From IMG/VR virus record IMGVR_UViG_3300007511_000008: DNA of 36,208 bases; one strand, written 5' to 3'. How positions within the stretch are numbered: position 1 is the stretch's first letter; every line of letters begins with the position of its first letter. A program made the translations under genes and the position numbers. Positions 1 through 8,657 of the stretch are shown here, piece by piece. The notes below the pieces were generated by a model. It saw only the letters and a list, made by a program, of their open reading frames with translations. It was not told the DNA's origin and did not search any database. The stretch comes from a virus. Lineage: Duplodnaviria; Heunggongvirae; Uroviricota; Caudoviricetes.

Positions 1-2
1 GC

Positions 3-350
3 CGTCCCCGGCAGCTCCCTAACCTGGGTTCTGCCAACCGTGCCAGAGCAGCCAGTGACGAACGTCGAGCGAAGAATAGCCCAATCCAGGGTTCTGCCGC
101 AGACATCATCAAAGCCGCAATGGTAAATCTATGGAGAAACAAGTATTTCACCTCCGGGCAAGCTACGATTTTGCTGCAGGTGCACGACGAGCTTGTTATC
201 GAAATAGACGAAGAGTTAGAGCACGATGAAGCGTTCAATACTACAGTGGATTACCACATGAAAAACCCGCTGGGACCACTCACATTGGGCCCAGATATTC
301 CGCTTACAATTGATAAGGCGTATGCGGACAATTGGAGGGAGGGGAAGTAG
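3..350 (+). CDS. polA: DNA polymerase family A, C-terminal fragment (5'-truncated by the window edge)
   Basis: Frame 3 is open from base 3, upstream of the ORF-track start at 120. It reads ...ERRAKNSPIQGSAADIIKAAM...LLQVHDELVIE, matching the Pol I N-x-P-I-Q-G-(T/S)-A-A-D-I-I-K segment and the motif C QVHDE. Confidence 0.93.
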   Translation, partial: RPRQLPNLGSANRARAASDERRAKNSPIQGSAADIIKAAMVNLWRNKYFTSGQATILLQVHDELVIEIDEELEHDEAFNTTVDYHMKNPLGPLTLGPDIPLTIDKAYADNWREGK

Positions 351-527
351 ATGGAAAAATATGGAGTAGAGACCGACCCCGCATTGGAGAAGGCGGCAGG
401 AGTAGGAGCCACCTGCCCGGTGTGCGGAGCAAAGACAGAGCAACACGGGCCAGTTACAAAGTGCCCCGCCTGCGGCACAAAACCCTTCGAGAAAACTGAT
501 GGTAGCAAAGAAAAAGAAGAGGGGTAG
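351..527 (+). CDS. Small Zn-ribbon protein (58 aa), not in the ORF track
   Basis: The ATG directly follows the polymerase TAG. My translation is MEKYGVETDPALEKAAGVGATCPVCGAKTEQHGPVTKCPACGTKPFEKTDGSKEKEEG*, with two CPxCG pairs. It fills the gap before the recA-like gene. Confidence 0.75.
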   Translation: MEKYGVETDPALEKAAGVGATCPVCGAKTEQHGPVTKCPACGTKPFEKTDGSKEKEEG

Positions 528-1638
528 CGACCCGATACCGCTCGACGACGTTTTGGAGCAGATTGCGGCCAAGACGAAAGGAGTCAAATTCCGCCCGGCA
601 GACGAAGTAGTCACAAGCTACAGTTTGCGCAGGAGATTCGGAATCCCTCGACTCGACATTGGCCTACGGGGAGGAATCCCTGCGGGCACACTGAACCAAC
701 TCTTTGGGCCTGAAGGTTCAGGTAAGGATTATCTGGCCAACCGGATGATCGCAGAGGTCCAAGAAGCCTATGGCGATGAGGCTGCGATATTCATTGCCAG
801 CTTTGGCTACAAGCTTGATAGAACAGCGATGTTGATGGCCGGGGTCCATATGGAGCCTTCCGAAGACCTCGCAAGCCTGGGCATTACACCAGATGACCCG
901 CAATACAAAGATCAGCTGGTGCCGAAGGGGAAGATCATCAATCTTGAGCTGAAGGAGATGACAGACGAAAAACATCCAGCAGAAGCCATCCTGGAAGCGG
1001 TCCTCGCTTGTGTAGAGTGCGGACGGTTCCAGCTTGGAATTATCAACGAGCTGCCAGCCGCGGAAACAGGGTACCATAAGCAGTCTTCTTTGCTTGATAC
1101 TACCCGTCCCGCTGCGCTTGCCTCATTGATGGCGGATTTCCAGCGGAAGTTCTACAACGCCATGAAGGTGCTCCCGAACAACGAGACTACTGTTATGGTG
1201 ATCAACCAGGTGCGTGCGAATATGTCGGCGACCGGTCCTTACGCTAAGAAGACAAGCGAGACCGGTGGTTTTGCGTTGAAGCACTTGAAGGCAGCGGACA
1301 TCCACATCCGCCCGATTGGTACCCTCAAAGAGGGGCCCACTGTAATCGGAAAGGATATTGGGTGGAAAGTGCAGAAAGGTAAGTGCGGGCTAAGCGAGGG
1401 GGCTGAAGGCTCTTTCAACTTCCTCTACTACATGGGGGCAGACCTTATCCGCGACCTAGTTGACGCAGCAGTTGAGTACAACCTCATCCTACGGAAGGGA
1501 GCGTATTACTACTTTGGGGATCAGAGCTTCCAAGGACTAAACGGCCTACGGGAGTATCTGTCCGACAAAGACATTTACGATCAGCTGTACACCGCTGTCC
1601 TGGCAGCAGCCGGGTTGGCCAGCATACGGTACAAGTGA
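499..1638 (+). CDS. recA: RecA/UvsX-like recombinase (379 aa) with divergent ATPase motifs
   Basis: The segments IPRLDIGLRGGIPAGTLNQLFGPEGSGKD (P-loop), VMVINQVRANM, GGFALKH and KVQKGKCG...AEGSFNFLYYMGAD follow the RecA fold in order. Confidence 0.88.
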   Translation: MVAKKKKRGSDPIPLDDVLEQIAAKTKGVKFRPADEVVTSYSLRRRFGIPRLDIGLRGGIPAGTLNQLFGPEGSGKDYLANRMIAEVQEAYGDEAAIFIASFGYKLDRTAMLMAGVHMEPSEDLASLGITPDDPQYKDQLVPKGKIINLELKEMTDEKHPAEAILEAVLACVECGRFQLGIINELPAAETGYHKQSSLLDTTRPAALASLMADFQRKFYNAMKVLPNNETTVMVINQVRANMSATGPYAKKTSETGGFALKHLKAADIHIRPIGTLKEGPTVIGKDIGWKVQKGKCGLSEGAEGSFNFLYYMGADLIRDLVDAAVEYNLILRKGAYYYFGDQSFQGLNGLREYLSDKDIYDQLYTAVLAAAGLASIRYK

Positions 1639-2075
1639 TGGGGAACGAGAGGACTCGAAGGGAACGACGGGTTGCCCGGAAGCACGGAGGTAAGGCACGT
1701 CCTGCCTCCGGTGCTTTCTGGGGATTGAAGAGGGATGTTAGGAGCGCAGGCGAATTCCTGATGGAACATAAGGATACACAGGCGAAAACCTATCGCTTCG
1801 ATGTCCGGGATTTCATACTGCTGGAGAAGCAGTGTTCCGACCCTCTTCCGATCTACCTCATCGAATTTGAAGGTCGCGGTGCGCTATACGTATTGCCGGA
1901 TTGGGTAAGTGAGGAACACAGGAAGATTATCACAACGAAATATTTCTCCGTGAAGCTCGATCCAGTGGAACACCGTAATGTGCGCATCGCTTTCACAAAC
2001 TCTAACAAGAAAGTCCTGGCAGTCGGCTATGACCGGTTCCAGGAAATTTGCAAGGAACTAGATGTCCGAACCTGA
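1638..2075 (+). CDS. Holliday junction resolvase-like PD-(D/E)XK nuclease (Hjc-like)
   Basis: ERRVARKHGGKARPASGA...KRDV...FLMEHK fits the E...G..(P)...D...E-x-K pattern. I placed the start at ATG 1638, which overlaps the recA TGA (TGATG). Confidence 0.7.
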   Translation: MGNERTRRERRVARKHGGKARPASGAFWGLKRDVRSAGEFLMEHKDTQAKTYRFDVRDFILLEKQCSDPLPIYLIEFEGRGALYVLPDWVSEEHRKIITTKYFSVKLDPVEHRNVRIAFTNSNKKVLAVGYDRFQEICKELDVRT

Positions 2076-2796
2076 CAAACGAGAGTATATTGAGCCAAAG
2101 GACCCGCTCGAGCACCGTTGTCTTGGGGGAGAGCTTCCTCTCGAGAATATTGAGTTCTCCCTCAAAGAGGAAATCGACGCCTACATGCGCGGCAAGGGAT
2201 CGAAGGAAAGGAACAGCCGCGGGTGGATATACCCCTCAGGTATCGGCAAGTGCGATCGGCAAGTTGTCTACAACCTGCGGGAGGGGACACCGGGGAGAGA
2301 GACAGCCTCCCCGTTGGACCAGAAGTTGGGCGGCATTGGGCACGCCTTGCACGATAAACTTCAAGAATGGTCGGCAGAGGCAGTGGGAGCGGAGGAGTTC
2401 GAGGCAGAGAAAGCGGTACGCTATGGACTCTATAAACTCTCGATGCGAATCGATGGCGTTATGGCCGCTAAAGATTGGATCATCGAGTATAAGACCTTGG
2501 GCGATTCCGGGTATAAAAACCTTAGGAAGCCCCGGGAAGACGACATCTTGCAGGTGCACTGCTATATGTTTGTCCTCGATATCCCGCGGACTATCCTCTA
2601 TTACTTCAATCGTAACACGGGGGAGGACTGCGAATTCAAGGTCTATTTCGACCACAACATTTGGGAAGGGATACTGGAGAATATCGGGCGGGCGATGAAG
2701 CACGTCAAGGAGGGGACTACCCCGCCGCGGATCAAAAACAAGTTCTGGTGCTCGAAGTGTCGGTACAACGAGTACTGTATGAACGACAAAAGCTAG
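2062..2796 (+). CDS. Cas4-like / AddB-type PD-(D/E)XK exonuclease with a probable Fe-S cluster
   Basis: Contains YPSGIGKCDRQ (Cys 1), GHALH, RIDG, IIEYKT, QVHCYM and a C-terminal CSKCRYNEYC (Cys 2-4). No other cas genes or array are present. Confidence 0.85.
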   Translation: MSEPDKREYIEPKDPLEHRCLGGELPLENIEFSLKEEIDAYMRGKGSKERNSRGWIYPSGIGKCDRQVVYNLREGTPGRETASPLDQKLGGIGHALHDKLQEWSAEAVGAEEFEAEKAVRYGLYKLSMRIDGVMAAKDWIIEYKTLGDSGYKNLRKPREDDILQVHCYMFVLDIPRTILYYFNRNTGEDCEFKVYFDHNIWEGILENIGRAMKHVKEGTTPPRIKNKFWCSKCRYNEYCMNDKS

Positions 2797-2805
2797 GAGG
2801 TGGCG

Positions 2806-3366
2806 ATGCCGAAAGACATGGATCCCGCCGTTATTGACGAGATGCTCGCTGAGCTTGAGGCGAAGATTCAGGCCTACAATGATGTACCTGGGTCCGTAAC
2901 CAAAGTTCTCGAGACCCTTGGCTTGTCCATCGTACCCACTGAGAAGGTCCCGGAACCAGTACTGCCCGAGGATATCTCAGCGCTTTCGATGGGAGAGCTG
3001 AACCGTCTGTATGATGCGTGTGTAATGCGCTACGATTACATCATCCGTCGGCTGGCAAAAGAAGAAGGGAACCTTGCAGCAGTAGTTAGGCTGCGGAAGC
3101 TGGTGGAAGCTGCTTTGTACTTCAAGTACAAGGGGCACCCCGGCCTTCCCACTGCGAAAGACAGGGATAATGCAGTTGTCCTTGACTGGCAGTTCATAAA
3201 GGTAGATGCGCAGCATTGCCACTTCTCGAGCCTCGTCGATTCGTTGAACCTGAAGAAGTCCTCGATTGGGCAATCCAGGGATCGGGTGTACAGAGAAATT
3301 AATCGCAGAACGCGCAAGGAAGGACACTTTTCCTCTCCGAAGCAAAGCCTGCTCAGGGGGGATTAG
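2806..3366 (+). CDS. Hypothetical helical protein, possibly a UvsY-like recombination mediator
   Basis: GGAGG lies 5 nt before ATG 2806 (the ORF track uses GTG 2800). The protein has a long predicted coiled coil and sits in the recombination operon. The UvsY call rests on context only. Confidence 0.45.
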   Translation: MPKDMDPAVIDEMLAELEAKIQAYNDVPGSVTKVLETLGLSIVPTEKVPEPVLPEDISALSMGELNRLYDACVMRYDYIIRRLAKEEGNLAAVVRLRKLVEAALYFKYKGHPGLPTAKDRDNAVVLDWQFIKVDAQHCHFSSLVDSLNLKKSSIGQSRDRVYREINRRTRKEGHFSSPKQSLLRGD

Positions 3367-3368
3367 TT

Positions 3369-3797
3369 ATGCTCTGGAAGGCAACCATCCCGCTTGTTTC
3401 CCAAGACCTGGGCGCAGTATCTGTAAACAGGTTGTATATCACAAGGAAGCAGGATGGGCGTAAAGCACTCAGCAAGGTTGGGCGAGCTTTCCAAAAAGAA
3501 GTTGTAGCAGGGCTACTCCACGCCTGGGGCTTACGAGAGACCCCAGACCCAAATGCGGAATACCGATTAGTGCTCGAGTTCTATCTGCCGGCCGTCTTCT
3601 CAAAAGGTTGGCCGAAGACCGCGAAGTTCCGGTTCCGCCGGATTGACCAGTCGAACCTGATTAAGTTCTTCCAGGACTGTATTGTTGCTGCATCGGGAGT
3701 GGATGATGCAAACCATACAATGCTGCTGGTGACAAAGCGGGAAGACGCAGAAAACCCAAGACTCGAGGTTCAGTTGGAGGTGTGGGAGTGGCTCTAA
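3369..3797 (+). CDS. rusA: RusA-like endodeoxyribonuclease (Holliday junction resolvase)
   Basis: SVNRLY...LVLEFYLP...RRIDQSNLIKFFQDCIVAASGVDDANH...NPRLEV matches the RusA D-x-D-N-x-x-K...D...DD layout, with the second Asp replaced by Ser. Confidence 0.75.
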   Translation: MLWKATIPLVSQDLGAVSVNRLYITRKQDGRKALSKVGRAFQKEVVAGLLHAWGLRETPDPNAEYRLVLEFYLPAVFSKGWPKTAKFRFRRIDQSNLIKFFQDCIVAASGVDDANHTMLLVTKREDAENPRLEVQLEVWEWL

Positions 3798-4096
3798 AAT
3801 TCATCAGCCATGGGGAGATGGTAACCACGGCGAAAAATGAAGGATACGCAGTTGATGACTCAGTGCCAACAGATCTCCTCCGAGAAATTCTCGGTGGAAT
3901 ATTAATTGATCCCGGTGTCCCAACTCCATTCCGGAATGCCGCGGTAGAAATGCAGGCCTTTGTTCAACAATACCGTCACCAACTCAACCTGGAGTGCGCT
4001 GGTATATGTGTCGCGTGCGCAGAGGTCGTAATGGCCACATGCTACGAGCAACTCCCACTGGTAAGGAAGGAAATAGATGAAGAGAATTTCAAATAA
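3788..4096 (+). CDS. Hypothetical protein with a four-Cys cluster (C-x3-C-x2-C-x7-C)
   Basis: Contains LECAGICVACAEVVMATCY. GTG 3788 has GGAGG 7 nt upstream; the alternative starts are 3782 and 3818. Confidence 0.6.
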   Translation: MALKFISHGEMVTTAKNEGYAVDDSVPTDLLREILGGILIDPGVPTPFRNAAVEMQAFVQQYRHQLNLECAGICVACAEVVMATCYEQLPLVRKEIDEENFK

Positions 4097-4907
4097 AGTT
4101 CTTGAGGAACTGAGCCACTTTGAGATGCGGATCTTGCTTGCACACAAGGTAGAGCTCGACCCAACCGCTGTAATGGCCCTGACGGAGACCAAGACGCTCA
4201 TAGCAGCTATCGGAGAACATCAGGAGAAACTTTTGGACGGTGACTATACCACCGGCAAGTATTGGGAACGGCTGCCCGAGGATCTCGTCCCATTCCTTGA
4301 AATGTGGGAGCGTTACGCAAATGGGGAGATCAAGACCGTGCCACCAAGAGGCACCCTTTCCGAGGCGGAGATCGTACTCACCAAGAAGGGAGAGAAGCTG
4401 GCTGCTAAGAGTAAAGAGGCGGAAGAGCCTGCTCCCGAAGAACCCGTAAAGGAGGAACCTGTAAAGGAGGAGCCTGTGGAAGAAGTTGCGGAGGAGCCCG
4501 CAGAAGAGCCTGTGGTGGAGGAACCTGTGGCGGAGAAACCTGCGGCCGAGCCGCCCAAGACCCGGAGGCTGCGGACCAAGCGGCTGGGCAAGAAGAAGGC
4601 CGACGCGCCGGCGGAAGCGCCTGCAGTAGGAGCTGATACCGCCGCAATCATCGGCGTGCTCAAGGAATTGGCGGTAGACCTGGGTAATACCCAGAAGCAG
4701 GTATCTTCAGTCCAGAACGATCTCGTCGCGATGACAGGGGTAATGAAGAATATCGAGCTGCTCCCGAAACTCGTACAGAGAATCGCGGATATGGAGACCG
4801 TTTTGCTCTACATCTGCAACGAAAGTGTCATCGACTACGATGAAGATGAGGATCCCGTCGCGAATTACGCTGAGTTGGTAGAGATTGCCAACACCGGCAC
4901 CAAGTAG
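4077..4907 (+). CDS. Hypothetical protein (276 aa) with a Glu/Pro-rich linker and a C-terminal coiled coil
   Basis: AAGGAAGG lies upstream of the ATG. The ORF is continuous and ends just before the terminator hairpin. Confidence 0.75.
   Translation: MKRISNKVLEELSHFEMRILLAHKVELDPTAVMALTETKTLIAAIGEHQEKLLDGDYTTGKYWERLPEDLVPFLEMWERYANGEIKTVPPRGTLSEAEIVLTKKGEKLAAKSKEAEEPAPEEPVKEEPVKEEPVEEVAEEPAEEPVVEEPVAEKPAAEPPKTRRLRTKRLGKKKADAPAEAPAVGADTAAIIGVLKELAVDLGNTQKQVSSVQNDLVAMTGVMKNIELLPKLVQRIADMETVLLYICNESVIDYDEDEDPVANYAELVEIANTGTK
4422..4556 (+). repeat. Imperfect ~15-bp coding repeat (EEPVK/EEPAE units)
   Basis: Translates as EEPAPEEPVKEEPVKEEPVEEVAEEPAEEPVVEEPVAEKPAAEPP, from gaRgaRccNgt-type units. 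Confidence 0.8.
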
Positions 4908-4912
4908 TACTT

Positions 4913-4937
4913 AGGGGGGCGTTCGCCCCCCTTCTTT
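4913..4937 (+). terminator. Intrinsic terminator of the + strand operon, at a convergent gene junction
   Basis: AGGGGGGC-GTTC-GCCCCCCT forms a perfect 8-bp stem followed by TCTTT, 5 nt after the stop at 4907. Confidence 0.8.
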
Positions 4938-4942
4938 ACCTC

Positions 4943-7900
4943 TTAGTAAACCGTATTGCTCGCTACCGTACCCGGGGCCAGGATACCACCACCTGCGCCG
5001 CCTGTAGTGTCGTATGTAGTATTCCCCACGACAGTACAGCTGACTTCGGCACCAGCACCGGTAATGGAAAGGTGATGTGGGGCCGCAGCATTCTGTGGCC
5101 CGCAGAAAGTGTTGCCTGTGAAAGTAAGGGCCTGAATAGTGTCCCCCAGAGCTGTTGTAGCATCCACAAGATCTACACCACCAGCAGCAACCGCAGAGCT
5201 GATGAACACATTCCCAGTAAACGAGCTCCAAGCGATGTTAGTACCAAGGCTCACACAACCAGCATCCGCCGTCTCGAAAGTATTGCCTGTCATCGTCCAG
5301 TACCGATGGGTAGCCGGCGCAACAAGGGCAAAAGTGCTAAAGCAGAATCCCGCGGCCACCTGCACGCTATTATTTGTGATGGTGACGTTGGTGGAATCGG
5401 CTGTACAGAATAGAGCAGCGGAACAAGTGCTCCCCTCAATTGTATTGCCGGAAATCAGCATGGGATCCGCATTGGATGCGCCCACGAAAGAGATGAGCAT
5501 TCCTACCGCAAAATCCCAATCTTGGATGGTGTTATTCAAGCATTTCCCGCCATCCGCGGTAAACGCAATTGCAGACCCGCCGTTAGCTATAAGGGAGGAA
5601 AATGTACTTTCCTTCACTACGCATTTCTCGCCCCCAATCTGGAACCCGTTTCCACTAGGCGTTTTGGTGGCGGCAACGTTGTGTATCCCCGGCCCAACAA
5701 TCCCATAGTCCGCCTGCGGTGTCAGGATGCAAAATGCAGTGCCGTCATAGTCAGTAATCGCAACATCCTTAATGCGCGGATAAGGTTGGTTCGAGTAAAT
5801 AGCGGGCCCTATCGGACCTACAATTGTGCACGCAGTGTTATTGATCTCACAGCCATCGCCTACTACCAGATACTCGACATCCCCATAGACCGCTGTTACC
5901 GCGACATCATAGATGTGCGTAGAGAGGACTTGGGCATGGTCCGCGTGCGCTCCCGTAAGGTACACGCCGTAACCAAAGGCATCCCCCGCAACAGTACTCT
6001 CGCAATGTAGGTGGCAGTTGCGGACCTTCCGGAAAGCTTTTGAGTATGTGGTAGCGATCGCATCATCCAAACGGATGTTGATCGCCGCCTGAGTAGCAGC
6101 ATTAGCCCTAGCCCGGAAACGGAAATCATTGATATCCCAAGACCCAAGACCGACTACACCCGCAGTAACACCGTCGATGTTAATTCCATGTTCCGTGGAT
6201 TCCCAGCTTACGTTGGTAACCTCAAGCCTACCAAGATTCTGGTTGTTGCCCCCAGAGGTAATCTGCAGCAAATGGGCGGGATACCCAGAAACTGCAGCGA
6301 AGGTTATGTTCTCCAAGATCAGCTGTGCCGTTGTCGAGTGGGCCGTCAACGGGCTCATGAGGATAGCAGCATGGCCGGCAGAAGCCGTATCATCATGAGC
6401 AATAACTACGTTCTTCAGAGTCAACGAGGTAACATCACCGTCAACAATAAAGATATCCGTAACTCCCGTGGGGGCCCAGGTAAGAGTATGCCCATCTCCG
6501 TCAATGACCAAAGAATCAAGCTGCGTAATAGTTGTGGCAGCCGTAACCACCACGGAGGAAGTCAGGCGAATAGTAGCTTCAAAATTGTAATCCGAATCCC
6601 CAGTACCACCGGCTGTAACAAAAGTGAGCAAGTTCTGTACGAAGCCTACGGCGGACTCAATGGTCGAAAAGTTCGCCGACTCACCAGAGCCTACAGTCAA
6701 TGCAAGGGCATGATCAAATTTCCCAAAAACGCGGGCCGGCTGGACATCAAGTACGTTTCCGCCGGCAGTTGTAAACCACCCAAGCAGGACATCCCCGCCC
6801 ACAGGATACGGGGACGCCCCAGCAGGATCCCCAAGATCCGAGAATAGGATATTAGCCGGTGTATCAGTCGCCGCAACCGCCCCCGTTGCTGCAACATAAT
6901 AGAGGAAGTACGTGGTGTTCAGGCCTGCCCAACCACCACCACTTGTAATAAGCGGGGAGGCCGCGGAAATCTGCGCAGTTACACCAGCTGTAGAAACAAA
7001 GAAATCATTCGCAGCGTCAATGTCGGGGCTTGCACCCGGGGTAGAAAACCCGGGATCACTAAGCAGCCGACCGGCATTCGTCAACTCGTTCCCTGTCTGC
7101 TGCTCAATGATATTACGCTGGATACTTACACTTGCAGATCTGTAAGCATCAAAAGGTGCTACCTTTTCAGTGGCCGCGGGGGCTACAGCGTTGTACGTCC
7201 AACCATCTTCGTTGGTCCATGCTACCGGAGCACCCGAAGCATTGTAGACTGCTACCTGCGGCTCATCCCACAGATCAGCATTGTGGGCTGTAACACGCAC
7301 CTTCTTGTCGGAATTGGTTCCCGGCTGGCTAATCTCCCCAAGGGATGCACGGGCGTTCAGGTGCTCCATCTGCGGAGTACTGCTAACCGCAAATGCCGAC
7401 TCACTCAAGTAACGGTACATATCTTCAGTAGCCGCGTGGACACCGATATTCAATCGGTATAAATCTGTGGCAGCGCCACCATCCAACGCTGCGGCGAAGT
7501 TAACGGCTACCGTGTGGCCGGCCGTACCAATCGGTACAAACCCCGGGGGACAATAGAAGTCAAAACCAGTCGAAGCGGCAGCAACGGAGGTATCAAAGAC
7601 AATCGGTTCGCCCACATCTTCTATGGCACGAGCAGTAAAGTCCACCTGACACGTCTCACCAGATGCGGCATTAGTAAGAACATCATTATCAGCCAGAGCG
7701 TAGATATTGTTTACCTGCCCAGTGGTCCAAGGAACACCAGTCCAGGGGTGGACCCAAAGGTATCCCTCGCCACTACCTGCGTCGTAGTCATAGTCAAAGA
7801 CATAGAAGTACTGTCCTGCCGCTGTCTGGAAGACATGGCCGGTGTAAGGACCGCCTACCCACGGAGCAGGAACAAAAGTGTCGATGGGTATCTTCTTAGC

Positions 7901-8647
7901 CGCAGTCTTCATAAGGACTGCCTTACGTCCTGTACCATCGATCTCAACAATCTGATACCAGCCCGGATTTACAGTGCCCGAGATTTTGACATAAGCTCCG
8001 GGGTAAACATCCATTGCCGAAAAGGCTCCAAGGCCTGAAATACCATCCCGCTCAAAGACATTGGCTCCCGCGCCAGGACTGAGAGTACCGAAAAGGTGCG
8101 CAAGGGGGGCTACCTCAGTAGGCTGCGTAAGCGCAAGTGTCAGAGTAGAGTTCGCATTGAACATCGCACCCGCGTCATAGGTAACGCCTGCGGCAGCGAG
8201 CTGTTGCCGAACCTTAGCTCCTGCACGATAGGTATGCGCCGGCCCATGTGTAACAGAGAACGGCTGTCCCATAACCTGGTCCAGGAACAGTCCCACATTC
8301 ACATAAAGGGGGCCAATAGTTGCACCAACCGCTGTCGCAATATCGAGGTTAGCCGCAGCACCACCTGTAAGGTCGAGCCCCGAAAGGATAGTCGAGTCGA
8401 ACGTGCAGGGGACTGCATTGTAGAACGAGTTGATCATCTGATGCATATCGTTCTGACCAGATACCCCAGCAAGAGCCCGGTTGAAGGCAGAGGAGGTAGC
8501 AGACTCTCCGTACCCCATAAACTTCGTACCGGTTGGCTGCGCTGTACCGGGCAGGTACCCGCCAACCCGGTTAGCAGGGGTTGCCCCACTCAAATTCTCC
8601 GGGGTGTTCCCTACAAGTTTTCCTGTTGTGTCATAGTTCCTGGGCAT
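4943..8647 (-). CDS. Tail fibre/tailspike-like protein (1234 aa) with a C-terminal right-handed beta-helix
   Basis: AGGAGG RBS. The N-terminal region (FMGYGESATSSAFNRAL) looks like a structural anchor. TVGSGESANFSTIESAV precedes repeated I-x-x-N-T-(I/F) beta-helix coils. Confidence 0.7.
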   Translation of the reverse strand: MPRNYDTTGKLVGNTPENLSGATPANRVGGYLPGTAQPTGTKFMGYGESATSSAFNRALAGVSGQNDMHQMINSFYNAVPCTFDSTILSGLDLTGGAAANLDIATAVGATIGPLYVNVGLFLDQVMGQPFSVTHGPAHTYRAGAKVRQQLAAAGVTYDAGAMFNANSTLTLALTQPTEVAPLAHLFGTLSPGAGANVFERDGISGLGAFSAMDVYPGAYVKISGTVNPGWYQIVEIDGTGRKAVLMKTAAKKIPIDTFVPAPWVGGPYTGHVFQTAAGQYFYVFDYDYDAGSGEGYLWVHPWTGVPWTTGQVNNIYALADNDVLTNAASGETCQVDFTARAIEDVGEPIVFDTSVAAASTGFDFYCPPGFVPIGTAGHTVAVNFAAALDGGAATDLYRLNIGVHAATEDMYRYLSESAFAVSSTPQMEHLNARASLGEISQPGTNSDKKVRVTAHNADLWDEPQVAVYNASGAPVAWTNEDGWTYNAVAPAATEKVAPFDAYRSASVSIQRNIIEQQTGNELTNAGRLLSDPGFSTPGASPDIDAANDFFVSTAGVTAQISAASPLITSGGGWAGLNTTYFLYYVAATGAVAATDTPANILFSDLGDPAGASPYPVGGDVLLGWFTTAGGNVLDVQPARVFGKFDHALALTVGSGESANFSTIESAVGFVQNLLTFVTAGGTGDSDYNFEATIRLTSSVVVTAATTITQLDSLVIDGDGHTLTWAPTGVTDIFIVDGDVTSLTLKNVVIAHDDTASAGHAAILMSPLTAHSTTAQLILENITFAAVSGYPAHLLQITSGGNNQNLGRLEVTNVSWESTEHGINIDGVTAGVVGLGSWDINDFRFRARANAATQAAINIRLDDAIATTYSKAFRKVRNCHLHCESTVAGDAFGYGVYLTGAHADHAQVLSTHIYDVAVTAVYGDVEYLVVGDGCEINNTACTIVGPIGPAIYSNQPYPRIKDVAITDYDGTAFCILTPQADYGIVGPGIHNVAATKTPSGNGFQIGGEKCVVKESTFSSLIANGGSAIAFTADGGKCLNNTIQDWDFAVGMLISFVGASNADPMLISGNTIEGSTCSAALFCTADSTNVTITNNSVQVAAGFCFSTFALVAPATHRYWTMTGNTFETADAGCVSLGTNIAWSSFTGNVFISSAVAAGGVDLVDATTALGDTIQALTFTGNTFCGPQNAAAPHHLSITGAGAEVSCTVVGNTTYDTTGGAGGGILAPGTVASNTVY

Positions 8648-8657
8648 CTAAAGCCTC

